Of a DNA stretch of 64,000 nt, positions 11,754-25,349 are shown one piece after another (position 1 is the first letter of the stretch; every line of letters begins with the position of its first letter). The notes under the pieces were generated by a model. The model saw only the letters and a program-made list of their open reading frames with translations. It did no database searches and was not told the DNA's origin. The DNA is from the human T2T-CHM13v2.0 reference genome, Homo sapiens. The stretch lies in the NCBI RefSeq assembly GCF_009914755.1, contig NC_060930.1; one strand, written 5' to 3'. The position numbers and the translations under genes were made by a program.

Positions 11754-13777
11754 GTACTGGGGGTTGGGACTTCAATACATAAATTTGAGGGGATGCAATT
11801 CATCCCATACAGGGCTCCCAAGTGGGGAGCAACTCAGGAGCCCAGCCTCAGGATCACATCTGCTGTTAGAGGGACTGGCTTGTGCAAACGCATGGCATTG
11901 TGATATCTGCCACTTTGGAGGGAGATGGGGGCAAAATGCCGTTTGAACTACAGGAGATGGAAAAGAGAAGTTGATTAAGCATCTGAATTGGCCTCACTCT
12001 AAGCTGGGGAGTGATGAGGATGCAGTGCTTGAGCAAATACCTGATCCTACAACTGCCACCCAAAGAGCTGCCCAGAGAGGTCCAGATGGTCACTCTAGTC
12101 ACCAGGGCCATTTGTTCAATTTGACCTCACTCTTTTAAAAATAAGGGACATTGAAGTGCACACACACACAAAAATTAAAAATAAGTAAAAGAGAATGAAC
12201 GACTGGATGCTGGAAGTGCTGATCTTGTCACTCTAGGTTTTCCCATGGCGTCAGGACCACTAGTATCCCATTCATTTTCAGCGCAGGATGAGAAGCAAGA
12301 TGTGAGATAAATGGACTGGTCAGGGTTGGTTTTTCCAATTCATCCTTGCATAAAGGTTGCCACAGCTGATCTGTCTCCCAGACTCACCCTCTGCCTGCAG
12401 CCAGGCTGGTGCATCCTTTCAAGTCACTTGCAAGAGGACTGGGCACGTCAGGGAAAGAACAAGGACACATCACCTGCCCACAGGAGGATGGCTCTTTCCT
12501 CTGTAGGTGAAGTTTCCCCATGGAGTCAGTGAATGTCTTAGCCAAGCCACTCAGAATAAGAGATGGAAGAGATGCAGTTCTCATCCAAGGGAGTGGGACG
12601 ATCAGACAATTAAGCAACAGGGTAAATACTTTGTGTGAAAGGCTGTAGTGAAGGCAGGCATTGTGCACCAGGGACATAGTAGTCAGACGATGGTGAGGTT
12701 GGTATCTGGATCTGTTGGAAAAGGAGTCACCAAGCCTAAGTTGAGGCTTAAAGACTGATGAAAATACTAATGATAACACCTCATGTTGGTGGAGGCCACC
12801 AGGCTAAGTACTTTACATGCATCATTCTTATGTTGCAGATGTGTAAACTGAGGGATAAAGATGTTATGACTAGTGAACTTTTCCAAGGCCACACAGCTAA
12901 TAGTGGCAGAATTATATCCCCAGGGTCACAGAGAAGGTAAGACATTGAGGAACTATTGATGGAATTAAAACAAATTGATCCCCAGCCTGCCTGACTCCAG
13001 AACCCATGCTCTAAAACTCCCCGTGGTCTAGAGTTTAATCAGCAGGCAAAGTGGACTAAAGGAGGGGTGAGAGGAGAAGTTTGGCAGAGACAACGACATG
13101 CGTGAAGGCAGGAAAATGGGACCAGGCACAGGGTTCAGGGAACTGCGGGAGGGCTGAAAACACAAAGGGCTGAAAGAGGAAGTGGAAGATATGAGCAAGA
13201 CCCCAGACAATGGCGGGCTGCCTCCCTTTGGCCAGGAGGTTGCATTTTGGAAAGATCCTCGGGCAGTAAGCAGGAGTGTAGATTTTGAATTGGAAGCTAT
13301 TTGAGGCTGAAAATAGGGTTTTCTCCAGGTGGAGCAATAATTCAGGAAAGAAACCACTAAGGCCTAAGTTGACATCATTTCCGCAGTCTTGATAACCTTG
13401 AGGAGAAGGGAAACTTCACAAGCAGTTACTGGGCTCTGAATACTGACTAGGAAGTAAGCAGTTTTCTGAAAAAGCAGAAGTCCTGGCCTGGCCAACTGTC
13501 AATGACACAGGAAAGAAGAGAGCCACTGTCTTTACTAAAGCAAAAGGAGGAGCAAACACAGTCAGGGCCTTGGGTTTGCTAAATCACGAGTCCCACGGTT
13601 ACAAAAGCCCAGAGACTCCACTCCATGCACAAACCACAAACACCCACCGATATATTTATTTATATGCTGCCTCCAGCATATACACGAAGATGTGAGGAGA
13701 TGACAGAAATACTTATGATTGGAAGGGGAAATAAGCAGCAGTGGAAGAAGCAGGGTGAGGGGAAGCATAAGGGAAAG

Positions 13778-14125
13778 TGCTATGGACTGAATGTTTGTGT
13801 CCCCTGAAGATTCATGTTAAACCCTAATCCCAGTGTGACAGCATTAGAAGGTGGGGCCTTTAGGAAGTGATTAGATCATGAGAATGGAGACTTCATAAAT
13901 GGGATTAATACCTTAAAAGAAGAGGCCAGAGATCTCCTTCCACCACATGAGGACACAATGAGAAGATGGCTGTCTGTAAACCGGGAAGCGAGCCCTCACC
14001 AAGAACCTGCTCCTGCTGGCTCCCGGATCTCAGATTTCAACCCTCCAAGACTCTGAGAAATCAATGTTGGCTGTTTAAGCCCCCCAGTCTATATAATTTG
14101 TTAAACCTGCCTGAGTTGGCTAAGG
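13778..14125 (+). mobile_element. MLT1A-type MaLR LTR
   Basis: TGCTATGGACTGAATGTTTGTGTCCCC...GTTTAAGCCCCCCAGTCTAT. Confidence 0.8.
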
Positions 14126-14268
14126 GGAAATCATAAAGGCAGGAGAGGTTAGGACACATGTAACAGATAGAGCAGCATGAGAGGTAAGAGCTTAGAATCT
14201 GGAGTCAGCAAAGCTCATTCAAATCTTGGGCAACACTCTAGATCTCATGTTATTGTTTGTAAGGAGGG

Positions 14269-14722
14269 TGTATTCGTTTCCTGTTGTTGCTGTGACAAAT
14301 TTCTACTTGGTGGCTGAAAACACCACATGTATTTGCTCATAGTTCTGTGGTCAGAGTCCAAAATCAATTTCACTGGGTAGACAGGGCCTGGGCCTTGCTC
14401 CCTTAGAAACTCTGGGGGAGAATCCCTTTCTTTTCTTTTCCAGCTTGTATAGGTGCATTCCTTGGCCTGAGGCTTCTTCCTCCATCTTCAAAGCTGACAG
14501 TGTAGCATCTTGCTTCCTTCTATCATCACATGGCCTTCCTGTTCTGTTTCAAAGCTCCCTCTGCCTCCTTCCTGTAAGGACCCTTGTGATTAGGATCATC
14601 TCCCCAACTCAAGATCCTTAATCACATCTGCAAAGTCTCTTTTGCCAAGTAAGATAAGATTCACATGTTCCAGGGGTTAAGAGGTAGACATCTCTGGGGA
14701 CCATTATTTAGCCTAATGTCAT
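14269..14722 (-). mobile_element. MLT1C/D-type MaLR LTR inserted into a MIR
   Basis: TGTATTCGTTTCCTGTTGTTGCTGTGACAAAT...TTAATCACATCTGCAAAGTC; MIR pieces on both sides. Confidence 0.7.
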
Positions 14723-15459
14723 AGGGAGAATATATTACCTACGCAAAGGGCTGTGTGAAGATTATGTGAGAAGGACTATATGAAAGGTGCTTAGCACATA
14801 CTGTGCACTCAATGTATCTTTGCTGCTGATGATTTTGTACAGTATTTTACAACTGATTGAGGTATAATAGACTCTGAGCTTCCTTGAAGCCAAATCAAAC
14901 AAGGACATGGCATTGTTTCTGAAATAAAATTAGTTTTTAAGATGCTCAGCTTTTCCTGATATAGGGATGAGCGATGAGGGGAATTTCTCCCCAGAGTAGA
15001 TGGCATCCTGGATGGTGTGTCTACTGAGATGCCATGGTGACTCAAACCCGCTGTTTCTCATGATGCCCCTTGGTGCAGGTCAGGAAGCCAGAATCAAGAT
15101 ACATTCTGCAAAGGGCCAAGGCAGAATCCTCCATGAATATAGCATACAGCAATCACAGGTCAGCCTTCTTTGAGAGTGAAGGTTAGATTGTGTACAGGAA
15201 TGGATAAGCTGCATGTCCTGTGGGCAATCCTCCATAAATATTGTTGCCATTGTTTTTGTTACTGGATGTTTGTAAGGGTCAGATAGAGTTCTGGATTGTA
15301 TTTTTTGGCAAGGGCCCAGTGTTATAATTTCACATGCTTTGACATCAACCAGGCAGAGGAGGACCTGTGACACATGCTCAAATGACTTATGTCCCCCTTT
15401 GGTTTCCCTGATACTCACAGTCTACCTGGACAGAGAAGTGGCTCCTAGAAGTTGTGTAA

Positions 15460-15790
15460 GGCAGACACTTGCGAACTAGAGCCCGCAGGCCAAACCCCAC
15501 TCGGTGCCTGTTTGCATATGGCCTGTGAGCTAGGGATGATCTTTATATTTTTAATGTTAAAGAATTCAAAAGAAGAAGAATATTCATGACACATGGAAAT
15601 TATCTGAAATTCAAATTTCTGTGTCCATAAATACAGTTTTATTTGACACAGCTGCACCCATTCTTTTAGATGTTGTTTATGCTACTCTTGTGTTATAATG
15701 GCAAGGTAGTGTGACAGTGACCACATGGCAAGGCTCCACAGAGCATTATAATCATCTGGAACTTTCTAGAAAAGGCTTGCCAATCCCTGG
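15460..15790. mobile_element. MER58B (hAT-Charlie)
   Basis: GCCCGCAGGCCAAA...GAAATTCAAATTTCTGTGTCCATAAATACAGTTTTATT...TGCCAATCCCTG. Confidence 0.7.
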
Positions 15791-16317
15791 CCAAGAGTAG
15801 GAAGGAATCTCTTAAACTCTTCGCCAGATCAGAGTCTCAAGTTCCAGGCCTTCCAGATGATTCTACCCACAGAGAGGCTGCATGAGCAAGTGAACTCAAT
15901 GGTAAACCCACCATGATTGCAAGGTATTTATAAGATCCTTTTCAGAGAATCATCATTGTCATAATAACCTCTCCCTTCTGCATGCCACTTTAAAATTTAT
16001 GAAGTCCTTCCATTGACAAAGCCTCATTTAATCCTTACAAACAGGTAGATAGGAAGTTTATCTCCATTTTCTGGATATAGAAACTGAAGCGTACACACAT
16101 TAAGCATTTTAATAAAGTAATATACCTGAGCCATGATACAAACCTATGTGTCCTTACTGCATGCTCAGTGACATAGAGCTATGTCATAGAACTCTAGTAG
16201 GGAGTAAGTCATGCCATCAGATCCCAGAAATACAGGGTGAGACCAGGCAGAAGGCACAGCACAAAAGATAAGTCTTCGGGTAAAAAAGTGAAAACGCCAA
16301 GCAGTCTGTGGACCAGC

Positions 16318-16710
16318 AAAAGAAGGATGGGGAGGAAGAGGAGATCAGGAAGAGAGGGAGGTGGTGAGGGAGAGGGAAAGAGAGGAGGAGAGAAAAGAGC
16401 GGAAGGAGGAGGAAAAAGAGGAAAAGGAAGAGGGGGAGAAAGAAGAGGAAGGGGAAAAGGAGTAGGAGGAGGGAAGAGAACAAGAAGGAGGGAAGGGGAG
16501 GAGGAGGATGAGGAAGAGGTGGGGAAGAAGAGGAGAAGGAGGAGGAGGTGGAAGAGGAGGAAGAGGAGAGAAATGAGAAGCAGGAGAGGAGAAGGGGAGA
16601 AGAAAAGAGAGGGGAGAAGAGAAGGAGGAAAAGATGAAAGGGGAGAAAGAAGAGAAGGGGGAGGAGGGGGGAGTGGAAAAAGAAGAGAGGGAGAGGAAAG
16701 GAGGGGAGAG
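16318..16710 (+). repeat. ~390-bp polypurine (GA-rich) low-complexity tract
   Basis: Almost exclusively G/A; source of spurious ORFs 16217-17082. Confidence 0.95.
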
Positions 16711-19700
16711 ATTCATCTCCTGATGAAAGAATGGCTTCCCTCCTGCCCCACCCCACCCCAGCCCCATCCTCTCTACGCACATCCAGAACTGGGCCAATTT
16801 GGCTCTTCCCAAGTATCCCTCAGGAACATACGGCCACCTCAGAAGAGAAGGAGCCCTACCACATCTCCGTTTTTCAGCCATGTGCACCAAGTTCTTGTTT
16901 GTTGCAAAGTGATGTCTAGAAATGACATCTTCCAAATTAAAAGAAGTATATGTAGGGCCACTCTCTTATCATTAAGAACAGCATATTTTATAGTCAGAGC
17001 CCTCCTGCACAGGAGGCATGCTAATTTCCTGAGGAAGCCCTATTTCCCATCCCCAACCATTCCACCACGAGGTAGTCAGTGAGCGGGGAGGGGAGGAAGC
17101 CCTATTCAGCAGTGTGTGGAGGGCTGTGGGTGGTCCCTGTGGGACCTGGCAGCCCCCTGGAAGCATCCAGGGTCAGTTTACCATGGCATCTGGTCACCAG
17201 GCTTCACACTTGCAATCAGCACCTGCTCTCCTCCCCTTAAAGACAGTTGGCCTTTAAGTCCACCTCTGCCTAAATAGGCTTCCCATGCTGCTGATGTTTG
17301 CTACAGGGCAGGTGCTTTAGCTGACCCCCAAAAAGCCTCTTAATTACAAAGCCTGCATCAAGTCACATGTGCCTGAATCATCCATCAAAGTGGCCAAACG
17401 GGACAATTAATCAGACTTGAAGAATGTAAAACATCTCCGTACAGAATAGAGGGTAAGCTGCAAACAACCTCGCCATGTAGCAGAACCAACAGGATATATT
17501 GATAAAATGCTCATAGAAAACATTCTAAAAGCTGCCCCAGGAGAAAATGGATGGGGAAAATGCTACTTTCCTCAGAACCTAATAATTCTGAAGGAAATGG
17601 AGCATAAAACAAGCATGCATGAAACATCAAAAAAAGAAAAGAAAAAAACCTCACAGGTCATCTAGTCACTTAGCAATACTTTCAAATATTGCATACAGAC
17701 AGCAATTTCTCTCTTCATTTATTTTCCCAGATTAACAAGGATATAAAGGTATAATTTAGGAAAAGTAGACAAATAGCTAGAGAGAAAGATGCAATTTCAG
17801 AGGGATGACTCTGGGCGCGCAGGATTGAACAGCTAGCTGCCTTGAGTAGGGCAAGGCCTTTTGGCCCAAATTTAAAGAGAGGAAGTTGATAAAGAAACAC
17901 AAGAATATCCAACACTGTGGTGCAGATTTTTTTTAATGCTAGATGAAAGTGAACGCTGCCAGAAGGGAAGCAAGCCACGTAGGTGTGTTCCTGTGACCAC
18001 GCCACCAAGATCCTCTGGGTTTCCATTGGTGGGAACGTTTTACAGCCCAACCTCCAAGCCTGAGTTAATTCTCCAAAGTACTTTTTAAACGAGATGCTAA
18101 GTAACTTAGTGAATAGGAACCTAGAGAGGGAAAAAAGCCAAGAGTCTGTAGTTCTGAAGAGGCCTCTTCTGCAGGCAGGAAACGTTTTCCCAAACGCTGT
18201 TCACAGCTATTTCCATCCTTAGGCAAAATCTTAATGGGCAGCTCCGCTCATGTTTTGGGAGGAGAATCTTTGGAGAGGTAGAAATGGGAAGGGCTGTCCT
18301 CCAGCCCAGCAGCTATTTTTGTACAAACTACAGCATAGGCAACACATTCCTAAAGCAGCAGCGATTGTGAGGTCCTGGGCATGGTTTCAGACCCAGGCCC
18401 GCAGGAGGGGGAGTGTGAAGACCAGAGCAGTTTCTGTTTTCTCCAGAGCCCAAGGAAAGCGAAGGTGGAAGAACCCATTCCCAGCTCCAGTAGTGCAGCC
18501 AGCGCTCCTGGCAGAACCTGACAGCACCAGGTGCCCCATGAGGCAGGAGCTCCAGGTGGACAGAGGTTGTCGATCCTAATTAGAGCAGTCAGAAGGCACA
18601 GAACGGGAGCAGGGCTGAGGATGGAGTATAGAGAGGCAGGTGCTTCCTCCAAAACCTGAACAAGGCGGGGTTTTCACTGAAATAAAAGGGTGACCCATCC
18701 GCGACCTGTGTACCATCTAGGTTGGTGTTCATTCCTTTCCAGGGATGCCATGTAAGGCAATATCTGAGGCCCCTGATCCATTAGCTTTGACTGGGGTTCT
18801 AGAGACACCAAGTGGGCAACAGAAGAAGCGTGGTGGGATCTATCGGGAAACCAATATTTGCACCTCCGTCTGTGGGATTCGTGTGCAGTAGGTAGTGTGC
18901 ACGTCAGCATCCACCAGCCCCTGCATGGGACCCAGGAAGGCATCACTGTGTGTCCCTCCTCCAGTGCTCCCTGCCCTCAGCAGAAGTGAGTGGTAACCAA
19001 CACAGTGGCCAGGAAGAAAAAATCCCCAGCCCAGAAATCTCCACTCGCGTTTCCAAGCACGGTTTACAGTCTAAGGTTCACAAGGTCTGCCTGGTTAGCC
19101 AGAATGGCGTCCAAAGGCTCTCTTATTTGAAACCTGACACCTTCCCTTCTGGCCAGTGGAAGCTACACCAGCCTCAGTGATAAATCTAGAACAGAATTAT
19201 CAGGATTCCTTTTGCTTCCTAACCATTAGAATCCTTCCCCATAGCTGAGATCTTCCTTATTCAAAGGGCCTCTCTGTGTGCTTTAGTGCTCAATTTAGTC
19301 GTCTTATATTGTATTTTTTAAATATCCCTTTAAACAATTCAACACTACTTACACAACTAGTAAGTCAAAACTTTGTAAATTTAACAAATTAATTTTTGCA
19401 GACATACGTACACTGGCCACAAATTTGTCTTAAACATCTAATCGAATATAGCAGATTTTTTTAATTTGTCTTATAAATTTCAAAAGCAGACAAAGCACAA
19501 ATTATCACAAAATTATTCAACTCATTTTTTTTCTTAACCTCATTTCAAAATACTGATACCATGAGTTTACATTTATCTCTTTATTATCTTTGTACTGACA
19601 TTTATTTTTACCTATACTACTAAACTTTCCCAAGATTACAGTAATATTTATCTCAGTATTTTTCTGGGTGTCTAATACATTCCAGACCAAAGATAAAGGC

Positions 19701-21508
19701 TATCTCTTCAGATCATCTGAGGATGCAGGTTTTGACTTACCAACCAATTGATTCTGGGCTTGGTGGCCAGTCCACAAGTTGAGCTCTCTTTACTTAAATT
19801 TTACCTATTACATGCTTAAGACAATTTATGCCTCTTCCTTCACAAAGTTCCCTCTACCCTGCTGCTTTTTTTCTCAAGTGACGTGCTCTTTAAGTTGTGC
19901 TAAGTCAGTGTCTTGTAACTCATTGTCCCACCCTTATTGTATATTGACCTGGCCTACAGGCATCATTGGAAACTCATGCCTGCCCTTGCCTTCTCCACAT
20001 ATCATTAGAGGGGTGATTTACAGGACATGCTGAACTTTGTCTGCATGGTCAAGGTTAATCCTTACAACACTTAGCTAGTTCATCATCCTAGAACATAGCA
20101 TTGACCTGTCTTTCCATTTGTATATTCTGTGCCATCACTGGAGCTGATTTGACTGTTGCCTGATATTCTGCCTAATTTGTATATGGGACCACTTGAGCTG
20201 ATCAGTCCTTCTGTTCCATTTTTCCCAAGACTATCTGGCTCATTCACAACTCTTTGTCCTTACTCCTACTTGCTTACAAAGATAGAAAAAACTGCATAGT
20301 TGTCTCTGATCTATCCATATGGATGGAAATACTTGGAATCTCCAAATAACTAAGAATGAGGCTCCGTGCTCATCTAATGCTTGGGACATGACCCAATTTC
20401 CTTCCCATCTTTGTTATCACCTAGACATGCCTGCTAAGTAATTCTGAAAGACAGAATCACGAGAGATGAGGTCTTCAGGAGCTCAAAACAGTAGTCTTCC
20501 TATTTCTAGGAACTGCCTGGTATTGTTAATGCCATTCACTCCAACCAGCAGAGGAAACTTGAGCACTTTCCCTTAACCTACCCTCTAGCATTCCATCAGT
20601 GCAGTCGTAGAGGACTTTGGTCTTTTCAGTCAGTTCTTAGTGGCTAGGGATAAGAGGGAAGCATGCCCCAGTGTGGGGTGAGACACTGGAGTGGTTCCTG
20701 AATGTCAGCTTGATGTCCTGTGAGGCTGACTGACTGGTTTTTGACAGTGTCTGCCTTGCGGCTACTGGTGAAGCATTGGGTTGCAGAGAGCTGTCACATG
20801 ACGACCTATTTCCCTACAAGCCTGGTGCTCTGCAGGCACAAAGAGAGGGGTCAGCATTCTGCCAGTCCCTTCCCACAGGCAGACGGGGTTCCCTTATAGG
20901 ACTGGAAAATGTTCAGGCAAGATAGAGAGCCTCAGGGCTTCAAGCCAAGTGCCTCCTTGTTTAGAAAAGGAACATCTGAGCCAGAAAACCAATGTGTCCT
21001 AACCATGGTCACAAAGCCAGCCAGCCAGCAGCAGAGCCCGACAGCACCCTCCCAGGCAAACTCTGCTTCTTATTCAAGCATAAAAACCATCACATGAAGC
21101 AAACTCACCCAATGTCAGGTGAAAGATGCTACATAATAAACCAAGACCAGACCCTCTCCTGCACACCCACATCCCCAAAGCACAAAGGATCCTCTCACTA
21201 GGCAGCCCTCCTCTTAGGGCAATTTCCCCACGTCCTGTTTTGCCCAAGAGCCTACAAATAAGGGCCTTTGAATATGTAAGAGATCACTGGGGGCTCCTTT
21301 ATAATATTGAGAAGATAAGCAATTCCATAATTGTACTATTATTGTAAACTTTACATAGAAATGGCATTTTCATAGGGCAGTGAAAGCAAGAGCTTGTTTA
21401 GGGTAAGGGCTGCCTTCCTCTGTGATAGGAGCCTCATTAAGGAGTCCAACAGCCTTTAGTAAACACATAACCATGACAGGGGATGCCTGATGAAAATATA
21501 GCAGGTCA

Positions 21509-21813
<305 letters not shown>

Positions 21814-22629
21814 GAAAATATAGCAGGTCACTTGGGCCCCTAACACCCCAAAGCTTGAGGCCAGGGCCTGCTTCTGGTCTTTTCTCCAAATGTAGAAAAG
21901 CTCGCTGCATACAACCAACTTCATCCATCAGATAAACACCAAAATCCTTCCACTTCTCTCCACTGGGATCATTTGCCACGGGTCTGGATCACTGGATGTA
22001 GGATATTTTCCTAAAGGGAAGCATGAGGAGCCTCAAGTCTCCAGAGAGTAAATTCTAGACTGACCTACACTGTGCTTTTTGGAGAGAAGACAGGAACGTC
22101 ATTCTTCCAGGATGAGCAACAGCTTTTCTGCCTCACACTTGACTTCAGTTTTGACTAAATTAAAGGGCAATTCATGTGTAAATAAGTGCACACTTCCAAA
22201 AAATACCTGAGGGGAAAACTGCCAGTGGCCCTTTGTTTATTTCAAGCAGTGGCTGATCAGAGTACAGGCTTGCTAGCAAGTATCAGGTATCCTAACAAAA
22301 ATGTGCCTGAGGTTTTAGAGTCAATAACAAAAACAATGAACAGGAGACTCTTACGTAAATACTACCTGATCTCAGGATCTCAGCAGAGCTTCTTTCCTGG
22401 GGGAGTGGATCTTCAGCATTTGGGAGAAGCAGTGGTAGGAGAACAGGCAACGGAGAGAGAAGGCCACAGTTCCCTTCCTACTAAACCACAGTCATCCCCT
22501 ACATCTCAACCATGCCAGAAGATGGAAAGTGAGGGTCAAACATGGAAATATCTTCATGGAAAGGGCAGATGATGAACAAAGAGGGTAAGCTGCAATATAC
22601 AATAGAAAGCAGTTGCAATATACACTAGA

Positions 22630-22932
22630 GGCCGGGCGCGGTGGCTCACGCCTGTAATCCCAGCACTTTGGGAGGCCGAGGCAGGCAGATCACGAGGTCA
22701 GGAGATCGAGACCATCCTGGCTAACACAGTGAAACCCTGTCTCTACTAAATACAAGAAATTAGCCAGGCGCAGTGGTGGGCACCTGTAGTCCCAGCTACT
22801 CAGGAGGCTGAGGCAGGAGAATGGCGTGAACCCAGGAGGCAGAGCTTGCAGTGAGCAGAGATCGTGCCACTGCACTCCAGCCTGGGAGACAGAGCGAGAC
22901 ACTGTCTCGAAAAAAAAAGAAAAAAAAAGAAA
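22630..22932 (+). mobile_element. AluY
   Basis: Y diagnostics GATCACGAGGTCAGGAGATCGAGACCATCCTGGCTAACAC, GAATGGCGTGAACCC, GAGCTTGCAGTG. Confidence 0.92.
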
Positions 22933-24103
22933 TATACAACAGAAAGCAGAAGGGACCATGGTGCTTGCCTCATCTAAAGAGGGAAACTGCTGTTTCCCTC
23001 CATCTGATTGCCATGTGGGAATGCAGGACCTGGAATGCCTGATTTCCTCATTTTTCAAAAGAAGCTAAAGTTCTTCATCTAGAGGTGCAGCCTCCTAATT
23101 TATAAATATGGCAACTATTTTAAGTGTGTTTCAACATTGTGCAGACCAACAAAACCCATCTGGAAGCTAGGAACCGTAGAGGGGCTACCCATTTGCAGCG
23201 TCTGCTATGGAAAAAGGGTTTAGCCAGGTCATGCCTTTTATGCCACCTGACCCTACCACCTTCCTTCCCCTTCTTGACTCAAAGCACTTCCAGGAAACAT
23301 CCTTCAGTTCGATTTTACCATCACCACCCTCTGTATCAAAATGGTGTCACCACATGAGTCCTGAAGAATGCTAATTATATAATAGTTACGTATCCACTTG
23401 TTCAGTTTGGAATATTCTCATCAGCCCAACAATCAAGTATTCAAGCATACCTAGTTCATGCCAGTCCCATCACCATTTGAACACCTGGAATTGCTAGATT
23501 TGATAACTAGCAGACCCAAATCTATTAAAAATTATTCTCGATACCCACAAACACCACTAAAACATGCATTTCCAAAAGACAGCCGAAGGCAAGAAACCTG
23601 GTGTAAATTACTCTGGTGATGAAACCACATCGGAATTAGTACAGTATACATAGTCCATACTCAATGTGAATTACAGGAATTTGCTTAAATATTGCTTAAG
23701 TTTAGAGTTTCCTCAGAAATGGACCCTGGCACTAAGAATTGAGTGCAAGTTTGTTTGAGAAATGATCCTGGTAGGCACCAGGAGAGTGAAGAAGCGAGAC
23801 AGGGAAGAAAAAGAAGCCAGCGCAGGCCACCACTGTGGGTAACTGGGGTTCAGTCCTGGGGACCCTGGGGAGCCCTTGTGAAACATGCCTTAGAGATGTC
23901 ATATCTCAAGGGGGAAGAAACTGGGGTATTGATCTATCAACTCCCACCTGTTATTTGTTGAGAGCTGTTCCTGTAGGCATTAACTCTCAGCACTCCGACT
24001 TAACTGTGTATTGGACAAGCTTACTCCCACAGTCACAGAAAGCCCTCAAGCAAAGAGTTATAGGTGTTTACAGGAAGAAATCTTTGAGGAAAATTAATAC
24101 TGG

Positions 24104-24466
24104 TGTCTTAGTTCATTCAGGCTGCCATAAAAAAGTACTTTAGATCGTGTAACTCATAAACAACAGAAATTCATTGCTCACAGTTCTAGAGGCCAGGGAG
24201 TCGGAGATCAAGGTGACAAGAGGTTCAGTGTCTAGGGAGCGCTCACTCTCTGCTTTACAGATGGTCCTCCCGACTCTGTCCTTATATGGCAGAAAGGGCA
24301 AACAAGCTCCCTCAGGCCTCTTTTATGAAGGCACTTGTCCCATTCATGAGGGTGCTGCCCTCATGACCTGATGATGTCCCAAAGCCTCCACCTATTAATA
24401 TGATTGCATTAGGAATTAGGTTTTAACATATAAATCTGGGAGGACACAAACATTCATACCAAAGCA
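24104..24466 (-). mobile_element. MLT1A-type MaLR LTR (next to an older MLT1-like piece ~23690-24100)
   Basis: TGTCTTAGTTCATTCAGGCTGCCATAA...GGACACAAACATTCATACCAAAGCA. Confidence 0.75.
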
Positions 24467-24769
24467 CCCTGCAGTGTCCTTGTGCACTCGCATCTCTAGC
24501 ATCACACTAAAGCATTCATGAACAGGACACTGGCAAAAGAGAAACCAAGACAGTTCACAAAAAAATTACCCACACATCTAAGGAAACTGTATGGGCAGTC
24601 TTCTTGTCTACATAAAAAACTTCTGTCATAAAAAAACTGCCTTGCTATAAAGTATCTGAAAATAATGGATAAAATATGACAGAAATCTTTTAAATATATA
24701 GCTGAGCTTGCAATAAAAAAAATAGCAACAACAACAAAATGATGAGGTCTCCAGAAGCCAAAACAAAGC

Positions 24770-24850
24770 CAAAGCCAAAAACAAAAAAAAAACAACAAAA
24801 CAAAAAAAAAAAAAAAAAAAACAAAACACACACACACACACACACACACA
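24770..24850. repeat. A-rich tract plus (CA)n
   Basis: Visible simple repeats. Confidence 0.9.
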
Positions 24851-25349
24851 GTGGAAAACCAACAGTGAAGTTGTGTCTACCCACAGAAAACGTGTCAATG
24901 TCCATTAACCAGAACTTAGGCTTTAATGGCTGTGCATGAGTTTGGTAAGGAAGCCCTTCCCCATGTGAGATGGAAAGTTGATCCCTCCATGAAGCTACAA
25001 CCTTCTAAGAGTTACAATCACAGTAAAAAAATAATAGTAATAAATTAAGAAATAATAAAAGAAACAGAAAAAAGCAGGTGAGGAAGAAAAACACTATTAG
25101 GCAAAACAGAAAACAAAAAAAACTTATCTAACTCTGCCTAATCTCTTGGGAAACTAAGTCTTCCATGCAAATATGTCATCTAAGTATACTATCATCTAGG
25201 TTTGGGCCCCAAATGTATATACTACCTTCATAGTTCAAAAAAATCTTAAGCCTAGAAATTAAATGTAGAGTGGTTCTTGATTGGGAACATCTGAGGCATA
25301 TAGGCAGAAGGAAATATTAATTATCTCTATGGGGTCATATACCCTCAAT

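Noticed and set aside
16217-17082. Long ORFs of 187, 281 and 196 aa
   Set aside because: They arise from the stop-poor GA/CT low-complexity tract and give compositionally biased translations with no domain
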